From the NCBI RefSeq assembly GCF_006345805.1, contig NC_043000.1:60388001-60452000 (forward strand): a stretch of DNA of 64,000 nt. Direction: 5' to 3'. Both the position numbers and the translations under genes were made by a program. The notes beneath the pieces were generated by a model. The model saw only the letters and a program-made list of their open reading frames with translations, was not told where the DNA came from and searched no databases. Source of the DNA: Octopus sinensis (taxonomy: Eukaryota). Below, piece by piece: positions 11,166 to 25,548 of this stretch (its first letter is position 1; each line of letters starts with the position of its first letter).

Positions 11166-14100
11166 GTCCTGTAATTTACTAAAGTATTTCTCATGCTGCT
11201 ACTTTTCCATAAATATAGAACCTATGGTTCCTTACTCTGGTACAAAACCAGTCTACATTCTAACACTTTTGCCAATTCAATCACCAAACTTTATTATGCA
11301 GCAAAGCTAATTATTATGAAATCAATTATACAGACATAGCATAATGGTCTCAGTAATAAAAAGAATTCTTAATATTGCCAATAAGAACAGACAATAAAAA
11401 TGGTAAAGCAAGCAACAGTCTAAGTAAAAAGTTAAGTTGCCAATTACAACTCAAGAGGCCTAACAGATCCACCTTGACTGTGCTGTGTTTTTTACAATTG
11501 CATTGCTATCAACTACCTATTATTTTACTCTAAGTTGATTATCACATTTATAATCATCAACAAAAAGGTATCCATGAAGATTTATCGGAACAAACTATAA
11601 TCTCATAACTTTTATAGCATTGAACAAGACAAACATCTTTATGGGTTCACACAACTGCAATCCATTATTCAAGAAATAGTTTTATCTTTTACAATTTATA
11701 ACAAAATTGAAAAAAAATTTTTAATCACTTTTCTTTATTATAAAGCAAAGCAATCATACCATACAGAACCTGGATGATAACTTATCAATTATTCAGTCTG
11801 TAAACTCTGATTTTCACTTTCTTATAATGCAAACACAAGCTCCCTTCATTGAACTGCGACTATTCATGATTGTTCTTGGGAACTGAAAAGTAATGAAGTG
11901 GTTTCCCATTGCTTTCTTCACCATAGCGCAATGGCCACATCTAGGGTTACCAGATGTGGCCACTAATAAATTCTCTGCAATATCTTCATAGCTATCCCAA
12001 CATACCTTATTTGTTTCCCCCACATTAACTTATTTCACCCCACTCATATTGACTTATTCCATGTACATTGTTTAGTAACTTTCTAACACCTTCCTCTTGT
12101 TATCTTTGTTACTGAAGTTAGAAAAGCATATCAAGTGATCTTGATGCACTATAAAACCTCTTGACACTTCATAAGAGACATAACTGTAAGGAAATAAAAC
12201 AGAAGTGAATATAACAGTATATTCAGGTTTTAATTGGCTATCATGATTCTTCTATGATGTAACCCTTAGATCAAGTCACTTACCAAGAAACTACAACTTT
12301 GAAATTTGAAAAAGTGTTTCTTATCATAGGATCTAGCAACTCTATTCATTCAATACCATTTTTACAAGTGCTCCCTTTGCATATTTGCAGAGACAAAAGA
12401 AAACTAGATATTTACAAGGACTGGTGCCCTTATGTTAAATTCCTGTGCAAATTACTAAAGAAGAAGACATATGAAATTATACTGTACCCTGGCACATCAT
12501 TTGACATGTTTGAAAATATGATGAAAATATTGTATTGCACCAAGTTTAAATATTTTATTTCTAAGAAAATTCCTAGTGCTTTCTAAAGCAGGCAATTGAT
12601 ATTTGCCACCCTTTGGGTGATAAATGTGAAGAGGGTGTTATGGAGGTGTCTACATTAAGAATTACTGCTTTACTCTACTGCATAGTAGATATCCATCTCA
12701 CAGAGGTATTCATCCCTCCTAGATCAATAAGAACTAGAAATATGGTAGGGCTGACTTAACTCTTTTCTAATCAGTTCTTAAAATCATACAGTTTTAAATC
12801 AAAATAGCTCAAATGTTAAATATTGCTAGCATTTCAAGTTCAATGCAAATTATGTAATCTTCTAAAGTAGTTTTCTGAAATATACAATCTTAAAACTTTT
12901 CTATCAAAAGACTATAGGATCATATATGTAAGCATGTATTAGAGGGCTTTATAAAAGAAGCCTGTTCAATACATGTGAGTATAATTTATTCATACCTTTA
13001 GTTTAAGAGCTGATGATTTACTATGTCAAAACTATTTGTTCAGGTTACTAATGATTTAAAGGTATCTTATTCTGCTCAAATTAATGCACAGACATGGAAA
13101 TACACATACACAAATGTATCTTTCATTTTTAAATGGTAATATATTTCAAACAATTATGTTTGACAAAAAGAATATTTTCATCTATTGGATCTTTAAAAAA
13201 AAGAAAAAAGAAAACATTTATATTCATGACAAAAACAAAACATCAACTGTACCTCTCTCTCCCTCTTCCAAAAATTGATTAGAAAAGTGAAAATTTTAAA
13301 TTCGTTAATCACTGGTCTTTTCTATAGAAATCAATTCTTGTCATATATCAAAGTTACTCAGACAAGCATTTTTCTCTTATAGTTATTGGAAATTAAGAAT
13401 GAACTAAAATGTAATGATTCTTATAAGCATGTGTTATTACATTTTAATCTTCAGCTTAAGAAACTAAAAGAAAAAAAAAAAGGAAAATAGAAATATTTAA
13501 GATTATCAAAGGAAACTGTTTCTATATTAATATGTTTACTTTATGACTGATGTGATAAAATAATTTCATTAAAATAGTGCTAAATTCAAATACTGCATTA
13601 CATCCAAAGCTATGTTGTTTATTAAATAAAGATGGCAGATATAACTTTTATTTTATTTCATTGCTGTCTTTTTTCCCCCTCATTTAATATTTGTTACCAT
13701 AAATACAAACATCATCATCACTTTGAATAAATTCTGCACCAAATAATAGCTCTAAAAGTATCTCTTCATTGGTTGACAGACAAATCTATCAATCATAATG
13801 ACATGGCATCTTTTAATTTGTGTCTTAGTTATTTAGAAAATCAGATATTTTCAACTAGAAATTGTAACCTACCAGTCTCTTTAAAGATTAATTTTAGATC
13901 AATTTCATATATCTCTTGCCACTAATTCAAGAGGCATTTTAATTATAAAAACTCTGAGCTAGGCTAGATAAGTTTGAATTCATTTAAAAAAACTTATTAA
14001 TTAAAAAAAAAGGTTAATTCAAATTTCTTAAAGACAAAAAAAAAAAGAAGAAAGAATGCAGTGTATGCTAGAAGTAGCACCAAAATCCCCCTCAATTCAC

Positions 14101-14809
14101 ACCTTACTGCCTATTAATAAAATTAGCAGCCTTCAACACTCTCCTCCCCACTTTCTCTAACTGCTCCTTCCCACTGACATGCATATCAGAAGCAATTAGC
14201 TATTCTGGTTTTCACTATATTTGATGAAAACACTAACAAGTTACTTACCTGAATACTGAGTAGAAATGGATACAAGTTTAATTGTCCATGCAAAAATTTT
14301 ACATAGTTTATATATATATATATTACCTATTATTAAATGACATAAAGGACTATGTATCTTATTTAATCTATCCCTTTCCATTCAGTTTGTTGCAAACAAT
14401 TACCAATAAAATAGGATATTTATTTCTGTGGATAATCCACAGCTACCCACTAGGAATCATAATTATTATGTAATACAAAAAGAAGAGTTAGCAATAGCTG
14501 GACTGCCTGATTAGGAGCTAAACAACAAGTGTTTAGTAGCAAAATTAATTGGACTACTGAATGAAAATCATCCACTGCAAGACTAATGACAGGATACAAA
14601 TTATCAATTTGCAATTCTGGTGAGTTCTTTCAGTTGCAACAATCAGAGGAAGAGAGGAAATGACCATGGTCTTTGTACGCATTTCCAAACAACTGAAATT
14701 GATGCAATTCTTAATATTTTTATGGTAACATTTCTATTGTCATCTACTCTTACATAACATGTCCCACCATAAATAACAAAAGAATTTGGTGCCTACCCTT
14801 TTGTACTTT

Positions 14810-15090
14810 GTGAAGGTGCATGGCTCAGTGGTCAGAGCATCAAGCTTATAATCATAAAGTTGTGAATTTGATTCCCAGCCCAGACTGAAGCACAAATCTG
14901 GACAAGGTTGTTTGTGGAAGATCTGCAGTCACCCATGCATACTGGTTTTTCCTCTCCATGCTGCCAATGTTATCCAAGGGAATGGCAAAAGCCAATACAG
15001 CTTGGCACCAGTGACATCGCAACTAATTTTTGCTGCGGAGTGAACTGGAGCAATGTGAAATAAAGTGTCTTGTTCAAGAACACCAGACAC
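14810..15090. mobile_element. SINE fragments (tRNA-like head plus second-family body)
   Basis: tRNA A/B-box-like 'tggctcagtggtcagagc...gaatttgattccc'. The body 'gagtgaactggagcaatgtgaaataaagtgtcttgttcaagaacac' recurs at about 57770-57825. Confidence 0.55.
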
Positions 15091-18000
15091 AGCCCAAAGG
15101 GGTTCTTTTTTTTTTTTACTCTTGTGTTCATCATTATTGTCACTTTACATTCACTTCTTCCATGTTCACATGAGATTGATGAAACTATCTGAGGCAGTGT
15201 TTTACAGGTGGGTACTCTTGCTAACACCAGCCCTTACTTGTTTCCAAGTACTTAATCTTCAAGCCATTGAACTATGGGACATAAACAAATATCACTACTA
15301 TCCAAACAGTGTCAACAGAACCAAACACACACACATATATATATAATAGGTTTCAGTACAATTTCACACATTAGCATTTGGTCAATCCAAGGACATTGTA
15401 GAAAACATTTGCCCAAGATACCACACAGTGGGATTAAACCCAAAATCATGTAGTTTCAAAATGAACTTTTAATTACAGAGTCATGCCAACATCTCTTGTT
15501 AGTTTAAATGTTTGCTCTGTAATCTCAGAAACAACTGGTATGAAGCAGTTCAAATATTTTCCAATAATGTTTAGAGAAATAAATACAAACACAAAACATT
15601 TATTTCTGAATGTTGCATTTTTAACAAGTTCTTTAGATGTTAAGCACACCACACCAGCTCCATTCAACATGATGTGATCACTGAGCTACACAAAATGATT
15701 ACAAATAAAAAAGCAGCTTACATAAAATGTGAAATGCAATTCACAATTGCACAGCAACAAAATTCTTAGGGAAGTAAAATATATTCAAATACTAAACACA
15801 TATGCTTTTTTTTCTTTTATTCTTTTGCAGGTTTAAGTCAATAGATGTAGTTGGTGTGCTGGACATGATCTAACACTATCTCATTTATAATACTGTGTAA
15901 CACAAGTTTTGTCCTTGGGTAGCAACTGTTATTTCCTATTTGCTAACCCCTAAAAAGTAAGAAAAATGGCTTCAAACTTTGCTTCTGCTATATTTATTCA
16001 AATCCCAAAGAATCCCTCTCAAAACATGGCCATACCACTCCCCCACAACTCTTGCTCATGGTCAGAGATGCACATATTGTGCCACTAAAGGACATGTTCA
16101 AATGGTTAAGCTCAAGCAACTGACAAGCAAATCTGTGCTACTGAACAAAATATTTGTTATAATGATATTTTTGCTTCAGCAACTCAGTACTGAATCTGTC
16201 TAAAATGTAATGGAAAATAGGTCAGCTTTAAAACATTGATGTTCAGGTTAGAAAAGGTAAGTTTAACGAGAATAGTAGTCATTTCCTTTGATTTCTAGAT
16301 AGAAGGAAATAACACTTACTGACCAAAGACAAAAGAATAATTTAATTTTGTTGCACAATGTAATCATTATTACATTGACTTTCACCCCATTACTTATTTT
16401 AATGAACTGGAATGCTGAAAGTGGACCTGGGTGGAATATTTGACCGAATACCAAATACCAAAGTAGTTTGTCTGTCACTTGACCAATTCTGCCAAGTTAA
16501 TATGTCTTGAAAATGCTGCGATTTTTATTGCAATAAGTAATCATGTAATAATTGAAAACGCAAATACAATTCTTGCCTGTTTGGATAAATGAACATGTAA
16601 TAGTAGTAGTAGAGTACTAGTAGTATAGAAGCAGGTGCTGTAACAGCACATTGCTGCATCCACCATTTATTGGCGATTACCTACTCATGGCGGATGACAC
16701 CTTTGCACCACTCAGGTGACAACCTTCCAACTCATGTGCCTGTTTGGGTAGTCATTGTTGGTGAGGGTTTTATGAGGTCGGTGTGTAATCCTACTTCAAC
16801 CTCTTTTAGTCACCTTTTATGACACACAGAGGAAACAACAGGTCTATTCTTTGACATGCCAGTTTCCATACAACACGAGAGTGACGTGAAAGGAATTGTT
16901 TTGTTCAAGAACATAAGTGCCACCTAGTCCAGGAATCAAACCCACAATCTGACAATTGGGAGGCAAACACTAGTCCGTGTGCCTTCACATGCACTGAAAT
17001 TTAAAAGAAGATAATATTATCAAAACACTTTAACTCATTGTAAAGAAAGCATTCTGAAAATTTACTATTGCACATTTTTGCTCATAACCCAATCATAAAA
17101 TATTTTCTCTATGTAGTATTTTGATTAGAATATGAAAGAAATTGATTCTTCAGGTTCCTTAGTAAAAAAGGAAAATAAATTACTTTTAAAGCATGCATGG
17201 AAGCAATTAATTTTTCCCGTGAAATCTGATCCAGTTACTGAGCAAACACACCTTAACAACGGATGCATCATATATAATTACCAAAAAGTGTAAAAATATA
17301 TCCACTGTTTTATTTTTAATAGATAACGAAAGATAGATATCATTTTATAAACAGTGGCAACATGAATTATGAAGGAAATTTAATACAAGTATGATACAAG
17401 TATTAACTGATATACTAAAATGAAAATACACCTCAGCAATAATGGTAGTTACTTCAGTTTTTCAGAAAATCTCCATAAGTTCCTTCACACAAAACACATG
17501 CACATATCTCAGATAAGATTTAACCAGCACTATTTGGGGGCAATGACTAACTGAACACCCATTAACAAGATGGTGGTATTAACTGATAATTTGGACTTCA
17601 TTATCCATTTAAATAAAGAGTTGTTAGTAGGAACACATCCATATGTGAGTAGTATGTTTGGCAGTGTTTGTAGAATAAAATGTAAAGGTGTTAGAATCTG
17701 TTTCTTTATATTTTTAGAAATGATGTTATTTGAATAAAAGGTTGTAGAAGTGAGGAATTTACATTACAATGTGTTTGTGCACTGTGGATGTGATTTTATC
17801 AGAGTGGATAGATCTAGGATCCTAGAACAAGATTTTTTTTAACTGGATGCTAACATCATCTCAGTAATGGTGCTATATTTTCCATACTATGCAAACATGG
17901 AGTGTTCACAACAACATTGAAAAGAGTGAAAAAAAAACAGCTGAAATATTACCAGTCCTAAACTGATTTTATTCTATTTCCCTTGAAGTTCAAAAGGGAA

Positions 18001-18129
18001 GCCCAGGACATGATTTCTTTCAAGAAGATATTGATTTCATAGCTGATATTAAAAGAAGCTTTCTAATGCTATGCAATTATATGGTTTAAACTTAGCAAGT
18101 AGATCATACATACAAAAATACTTATGCAT

Positions 18130-18166
<37 letters not shown>

Positions 18167-19373
18167 TTCTCTCCTTCTCTAGATGTATGGGGTGGGGGTG
18201 AAAGTGTGTGCTTGTGCATATGTGTGTTTATGAATGAATAAATAGCTAGATATCCATACAAGCACATATACAAAATATGAAAGAAATTTTGTTTATAATT
18301 TGCATTTCAAAATAAACGCTGCACATAATTCTTCTTAAAATATAACTGGGAAACAATAGCCAATAGTACAACAGTACATTCAACACAATGTACCAAAGCT
18401 AAAAAATAAAACAGGTATATCAGATTTCAAATATATCCACAATGTGATTAGCTTTGGATGTATTCACTTTCATGCAGTTATCTCCTTGAAAGAATAGCAT
18501 GGTATCACATGAAAAAAAAAATAATAATAATGAGAAGCCAATGGCAATTGCCAGCAATTGTAAAACTTTCAAGTGACTTATAGAAGATTTATGAGAAGAC
18601 ATAACTACAGAAATCTTCTGTTTTAATGTTAATCATGTGAAAAAGTTTCACCTATATAGAAACCAAAATTTACATTTTATTCATAAAAGATATAACTGAA
18701 TGAAAACTTCCACAAATGCTACCCAAAAAGAGAATTTACCTTTTATTATGTAACCATAAGTGGCAATGTAATGCTTTTGCTGGAGCAGACCACTGATGTG
18801 GGAGAACATCCAATCATTGTACATGCTTTAACTGGAACAACACTATATTACACATTTTGTCATACAGCTTTTGGAATTGTAGGGTATATTATGGAATCAG
18901 AGAATATATCCAATATAATTTATTTTTTTCTGACTATCATATTTCATGGTAACCAGAAATTCAAGGGATAATTAATTGCATGGAGGTAAATTTAATTCCT
19001 GTAAATTCATAATAGGCAGTTGGTCACCTAATTCAAAGTTTGATCTAAAGCAGGAAATTGATTTTGTAGCTGTTTGGTGAGTATGTGCAGTTTGTTTGAA
19101 TCAGATGGGAGAAATAATGAATTTACAATAGTATTTCAGGAGTTGTTTCTGCTGTATTGCTAATGTACATAGGTGTTTGGAAGTAATTGTTTATATAGTT
19201 CAACAACTGGAACTGAATGCAGCTGTGAATTGCTCATCTAACACGTCTTTTAATTTAAGCATCTTGGTTTCATTGTGTAAATAATCAATAAGTGGGATGG
19301 GGGGATGCAGCCTGTTATAATAAAGAGAGCATTGTTTTAGATTGTTTTTAATACATTGTGGTTTATCATAGAG

Positions 19374-19477
19374 TATAGAATATACTTATTTGGTTCACAA
19401 TCTCGTCATCGTTTCGTTTAATACGGACGCTAAACGAAACGATGACGAGATTGTGAACCAAATAAGTATATTCTATA
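19374..19477. repeat. Perfect 47-bp inverted repeat with 10-nt loop
   Basis: 19374-19420 is the exact reverse complement of 19431-19477. Loop is ATACGGACGC. Confidence 0.95.
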
Positions 19478-19841
19478 ATGGACTTGATACATTGTAAACT
19501 AGTGCCATATTTTCCTTGCTTTGATCATGTATTGTGACTATTCACAAAATGTTTGTTCAATTTTGTGATTTGGCTATTATATCTTCTGTGTATTGTGTAA
19601 ATGGCATCGAAGTGACTTATGTGATAATTAAAATGTTAGTGGTTTCTGTATGCTGGGTGGTGACAATACTGAGTGTGATATATGGCATGAAACAGTATTC
19701 TCTGGTGATGTTTATAAATAATGCAAGTTGTTTAGCCATGATCCTAGAGATCTAGGATCAAAAAGATATTCCAGTCATAATAACTTCATTAGACACTATG
19801 AATGAAGAACTACACTATCCAATGTCTTTTAGAAGGGTGTG

Positions 19842-20185
19842 ATTTGAAGGAGAGTTAACTGCTTTTTCTAGCAAGTTGAGCAAATGTATAAAAGTTCCTT
19901 TGTTAGCTCGAGTAATACATTTGGTGTGACTATTAATGTGTTCATGACCAGTCAGATAACTAGTGAATGGGTGTACAATTGATGCTGGAGTACAGCTGTA
20001 CCCAAACAGAAAAAAAGGTGCATTTGAAGGAGAGCTAACTGCTATTTCTAGCAGGTTGTGCAAATGTATAAAGATTCTTTTGTAAGCTTGAGTAATAGAT
20101 TGGTGTGAGTATTAATACGTTCATATCCAGTCAGATAACTAGTGAATGGGTCTACAACTATATTCAATCAGAAAAGAGATGCATT
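19842..20185. repeat. Diverged tandem duplication, about 180-bp unit, two copies
   Basis: 'atttgaaggagag(t/c)taactgct' at 19842 and 20022. 'ccagtcagataactagtgaatggg' is present in both copies. Confidence 0.85.
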
Positions 20186-23100
20186 TGTGGAATCAGCAAC
20201 AGAAAAACTATGTGTGTATACTGTATTTTTACAGGGATCCAACAGTAAGTTTCAGATACCTGTGGAATTCACAAAGAACCACAAGTTACTCACTTTGGAA
20301 GGATATTAGTACTTATATGTGAAGTAGAGCCACATGCAAGCAAGTTTTACTTATTAAAACATTTTTATCTGATTTTACAAGAGTAAATTATATTTCTTAT
20401 ATATTTTAGTTTTTAAAGACATATATTGTAAAAAATTTCTGCATGACGCTTTCATATCACAGTTCAATTCATAAAGTAATACTAAACATGTTGAATAAGT
20501 TAAACTCATCAAACACGTATTGGCAATCTGGAGAAGGGAAAACTATCTTATAATAGAGAAATTTAAAAAAGAAAATGTACGAAATATAATTAAGAGCATA
20601 CAAGAGTTAAATAAAAAATGAAAAATAAAGGAAATACTTGTGGAGTTATCTGACATTACTCACAAAAGTTGAGTTGGAAGTTTTTATTGATTATAACCAA
20701 AAGTTAAAAATTTCCGCCCAGTTTTCATGAAGCCAAATAACTCCAGAAATATGTTGATGATGAAATACGGCAAATACATGTACAATCATTAGGTAGATCA
20801 TTGTATCATGTCATGCTGACTCTAGGGATGTGACCACAACAAATCTATTGTTTGTCAATGACATCTGAGTCATAGAATTCTGTCTGCACATTCTTCTCTA
20901 TCCATTGCAGTATGGGGATTATCTTTTAAATAAAATCTAATGTCATGCATAAAAGCTTAAAGTTTCCAGGCAAGAAGGAAGAATACGTAAAAGATTTTCC
21001 AAAAAGAAGTTGGAATGGAATGTAAAATATGCAAGAAGGAATTAAGGTATAATTCTAAATGAACAATGACAGAATTTTTTGCTTCTATCTTTCAGTAAAA
21101 GTAAATATATAGATATAAAACACTGAACGCAGGAAAAAAGTGAGGCAGAAGTTATATAAAATGGTTTGCACTTCAGTATATTCAGATAAGACATGTAACA
21201 GTCTATGTTAACTGTTATAAGATGATAACTAAGAGAGTAACTGACATGTCAGAACAAGTGGCCAGAAACAATTTTACAGATGGGATATTTTTAGATTTAG
21301 AAAAGTTGTTCAATCATAAAGGAAGCTCTAGAAACAAGTCTTCATTGTTTGAGAAACAAATGTATGAATTATAATGGAGTCTTTTTATTTTTTGTTTGTT
21401 TGTTTGTTTATATGATGTCATTTTGAATATGTGTGTGTGTTTCCACATTTGTGGTCTTTTAAAAGGACATTAGTGTCAATTGCAAAGGTGTGCAACCTAA
21501 CATAAGGTCATTGATTTCAATCATGATTTCAATCAAGCAGGACGTCATGTCCTTGAGCAAGGCACTTTATTTCATAATGCTCCAGTTCATTCAGCTGAAT
21601 TGAGTACCATCGCAGTGCTGGTGGCTCACTCTCTCTTCCAGTTATCTCCATCCTCACTATTCCACTGAGTCAAGAGCAAAAGAACCAAGGAAGTGTCATT
21701 GTCTGCTCACAACTACACAGGCACCTAAAACAATTAGTGAACACATGGTACATACTATCAAGTCATCTTCAATTCTGAGTGACAACTTTAATTAGTTTTA
21801 TGTCAATTAATAAATAATTTACTGTCTGAGGTGGCAGTAGAAAATGCATTCTGTATGAGCAGTATTTTTTCTATCCTAATCCAACAATCAATTTTCAACT
21901 TTTGTTTTTCATCACATAAAGCACCAAAAGTATTACAATGCATCGTCAGCTTTTTTAAAAAGTTTTCTTTACAGAAAAAAATTACTAGAATTGTTTGAAA
22001 ACAAGGATGGATACATGCATTGCATTTTATCACAAAGGAATTTATACACACACAGCAGTATGTGCATATGTATAGTAGTGCATTAAAAATGCACAATTAT
22101 ACGTAGTCTAATAATGCACTATACATAGTGAATTAAAAATGCCAAAGTTTTCAAAATATTCTGGCATCTTCCAACTCACACCAAAAATCTGTGGCACACC
22201 TGCAGGCCATACATGGCACCCAAAAGTGTTGTGACATAGTGGTTGAAAACATCTGCTCTATGATGAGCAATAACTTTTCTTTTAATTCTCAAAACATTAA
22301 AAGAAAAATGGTAAAATAAAAAGCAATGCTGAACACATTAGATATTAAAAAAAAATTATATATTTTTTTTTAACTAGAAAGAATAACTGTACCAATATTA
22401 CATAGAAAGTAATTGAGGAATAAGTTTTAATGAGTGGAAAACAAAGTGGTTCCAGAGAGAGAATTGAAGTAAATAGACTATTGAAGATTCATGGCAAAGA
22501 TTTGAGAAGAGTAAAAGCTACTAAAAGACAACTAAGGAAGGGACTGATTGACTGTCGAAGGTAAAGGAAGATGAGAAAGTGTGTCAAAGAGGAAGCCTGG
22601 GAAACTGAGACAGAGGAAGAAAAGGGAGACTGGTGGAGATGAGAGGAGATACTGAAAGAGAAAGGAAGTAAGGCAGAGTATTACTAATAGAGAAGACGGG
22701 GGGGGGGGAGAAAGATGCTTACTAAAAGAGAGGAATAACAGAGAGAGAAAACAGGAAACTTTGTGAAAGGGAGATATGCTGAAAGAGGCTCTAATTGATT
22801 AGAAGTTTAATATGTTGAACGTTTAGTTAGACTAAGGCAGGTGACAGAAAGTCTGAATAAACAGTGAAACTATGAAAAATATGGGTGGGGAAATTTCTCA
22901 TGAACAGACTGGTAATACAAAATAACTGAAAAAAAAATCTTGAAAAATGAATGCAAGGAGAGGAGGTAAGGAGGAGAGAGATACTGGGTGGTGGAAAGAA
23001 AAGTTAGAATAAAAGAGTGCAAACAATAAAAGAAAGCGGACAAATTGGATGAAACGATAGATAGATATGTAGGGTACAATGCAGAAAGAGGATAATTGCT

Positions 23101-25149
23101 GCATGATGATTCATAAACTAAATAAAGAGTCAAAGAGAGAACCTCTATGAAGTTACACGACATGCTAGAAATAGCATCCAAAATCTGTCTCAAGTTACAC
23201 TCTGACATCTTTAAAAAAGTTACTGAGCAATGCAGTCCTTGATAAACAGATAGGATAATCACGGTTGAACTTTCTTTATGGGTTTTATTAATCAAAGCTG
23301 ACCTGTACCCAAGCAACTAAAAAGTGAGTGAACATATTTAACCAAGATGTTTTAATAATAGGCCTGGAGTTTTATTCAGCTATGAGATGATGAGATGAAA
23401 CCCTCTCTCACCACAGCCGACAAAATGAATATGACAAAAACAAGAGTGACATCTTAAAATTCTTAAAGGGGGATATTAGTTGATTAAATATGTTACTACT
23501 TGACTTTGACTCCCCCAGATTAAAAAAAGTCATTGATAGTACAAATAAACAGAAAATATTATAATTGAAATACTGAGACAGTGATTGGCTAATCATCCAC
23601 TTATTCACATATGGATGACTGATAAACATACATTTAGCATCGTTGAGTAAATAAACCTAGGTGTTAAATTACAAAGATCTCCTTGCATAGTGAGCTCAAG
23701 AACAGGTCGACTAGTTTCATTTCATTATTGCTAGCTTATCAACAATGTCTACACGAGTCCTAGAGTAACATGTAAAAAATGCTATGAGCAACAGACACTG
23801 AATTTACATATAAATGTGTTATGTATCAGTATATTTATTGACTGTATTAAATAACAACTGGAATAGTGTGTGTGTGTGTGTATGTGTGTGCGCACGCGTG
23901 CACGCATGTGCAGATGAAGAAGTTCACATCTGTATGGCTGATAAGCAGACATTCATCCTCTCTCTGTATACACAGATACTGTGAACAGCAGTAATCTTTC
24001 GAAACTAGTCGAACTGTTCTTGGGTTCCACCTGCAAAGCTAATCTTGTGGCTTACCTACAATGTCTATTTACAAGGCAAGTATGTTTAATAGATGTCCAT
24101 TCCTGAATATATTCACAGATTATCCAATCCACACACATTGTTATTTTATTTTATAAATGCTGCCTCATGGCTGGCAACATTGTTAGCACACTGGGTACTA
24201 TGTTCAACAACATTTATTCCAACTTTATGTTCAGAGTTCAAATTCTGCTTCCTCTCTCTCTCAATGCATGAAACAAGTTTGATAAGTGCAAACACACAAA
24301 ACTTTGGGATTTTGAGTCATTTTGTAACTTCTTCAGAGTAAATACTATATATAAAGTTTTTGTAAAGAATTCTTGATACAGTCAGAATATTTGAGGAAAG
24401 TTTTCCAAAGTTAAAAATTATTAATTATATTTTTAAAATCTTTAAAAAAACAGAACAATATGAACTTTTGGAAGGAAGTTTTTGTATTGTGATAATCACT
24501 TTCACTGTTTACAGCTTCTCAAACAGACATTATGGAGTAATGCATATACAGAAATTGTGTTTAGTAGTGGTACTATTTCCAGTTAAGTTTCAAATTTAGA
24601 ATGCTTTTAAAGTTTTTTTTGGTTTTTCACCTTTGATAATTAATCATTTCCGTCAGTCAACACTACTACTAAAATCAACTTCCTCTGTACAGATTACCCC
24701 AATGGCTTTTATTTGTTGATACCAATTGACTGCTGATGCTGGGAGTTGGCTGTTATTTTTAGTATTGGAGGTCAACAGTTGTACATTGAAAATGATGAAA
24801 TTTGTTAAGATTTTTATGAACAAACTTTATTTCTTGTTCAGAGAGTTTGGATGTTATTGAAATAGTATTATGATAAATGTTGAGAGAAATTGAATGTTAT
24901 TGAAATAGGTGTAACTGAGATAGTATTAGGAAAGTTACAGCTAGTCATTGTGTTTCTGCTGGTAGTCTGCTATAATGATATTAGCTCAGCTCAACCACTG
25001 CCCCTGTCTGTTTGCTGTATAATTTCTCCTACCTCCCAAAGCTCTCTAGGTCATGTCATGTGTGTGTGTCATTTCATAAACTGAAAGGCGCATGCCAAAA
25101 GTTGATATGGTCACTGCAGCCTATTCCACATGAAGTCAAGATTGGCTAA

Positions 25150-25408
25150 ATTTGTTGATCTTAGTTCCTCTTGTTCCTAATGGATTATTGGGCAACAAGT
25201 TGTCTCCATTGAGCATCATCTGCTGCAGCTGTTTTTGTATCAGTATAGATCAATTACAGTTCCTGCAAGTCCTCATGGAGAGTACTGAACTAGTTTTGGG
25301 GCAGTCTTCCTCTCTCTCATTTGCTCCCAGCCAGTATCCATGTCAATGCAGTGTGTGGAAGCCTATATTCTGCTTGCTGTATTATATGTCTGATGACATC
25401 TTGTAAAT
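25150..25408 (-). mobile_element. RTE LINE 3' end (distal part of the element continued at 27012-27780)
   Basis: Minus strand encodes YRLPHTALTWILAGSK*ERGRLP...AAADDAQWRQLVAQ, an RTE C-terminal signature. Confidence 0.7.
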
Positions 25409-25489
25409 TATTTTAAATCTAACCTTTAAAGGTATTTTTGATATGCTGGCCATTGATAAAATTTTTTTTTCCCGAAAAAGTTTTATCCT

Positions 25490-25514
25490 ACATTAATTAT
25501 ATATTATATATATA

Positions 25515-25548
<34 letters not shown>

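Noticed and set aside
13010-13016. Other CTGATGA cores (13010, 48774, minus strand 55-61)
   Set aside because: No stem II followed by GAAA and no closing stem I.
15831-16256. Plus-strand splice-like signals (acceptor at 15830; 16180-16256 ending AG|GTAAGT), also acceptors near 43142, 44068 and 60918
   Set aside because: Frames close quickly and such motifs are expected by chance in AT-rich 64 kb.
19815-20160. C2H2 zinc-finger array
   Set aside because: The period is 179-180 bp rather than a multiple of 84 bp, there is no TGEKP linker, and Cys and His motifs are interrupted by stops and shifts.
22235-22268. Orphan hAT-like right TIRs (about 22245 and 40482) and a degenerate pair at 34289-34457
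   Set aside because: No convincing partner TIR or TSD could be read.
22560-23316. Purine-rich tract with a G run and a 148-aa minus-strand ORF
   Set aside because: Low-complexity GA-rich sequence and the ORF has no recognisable domain.
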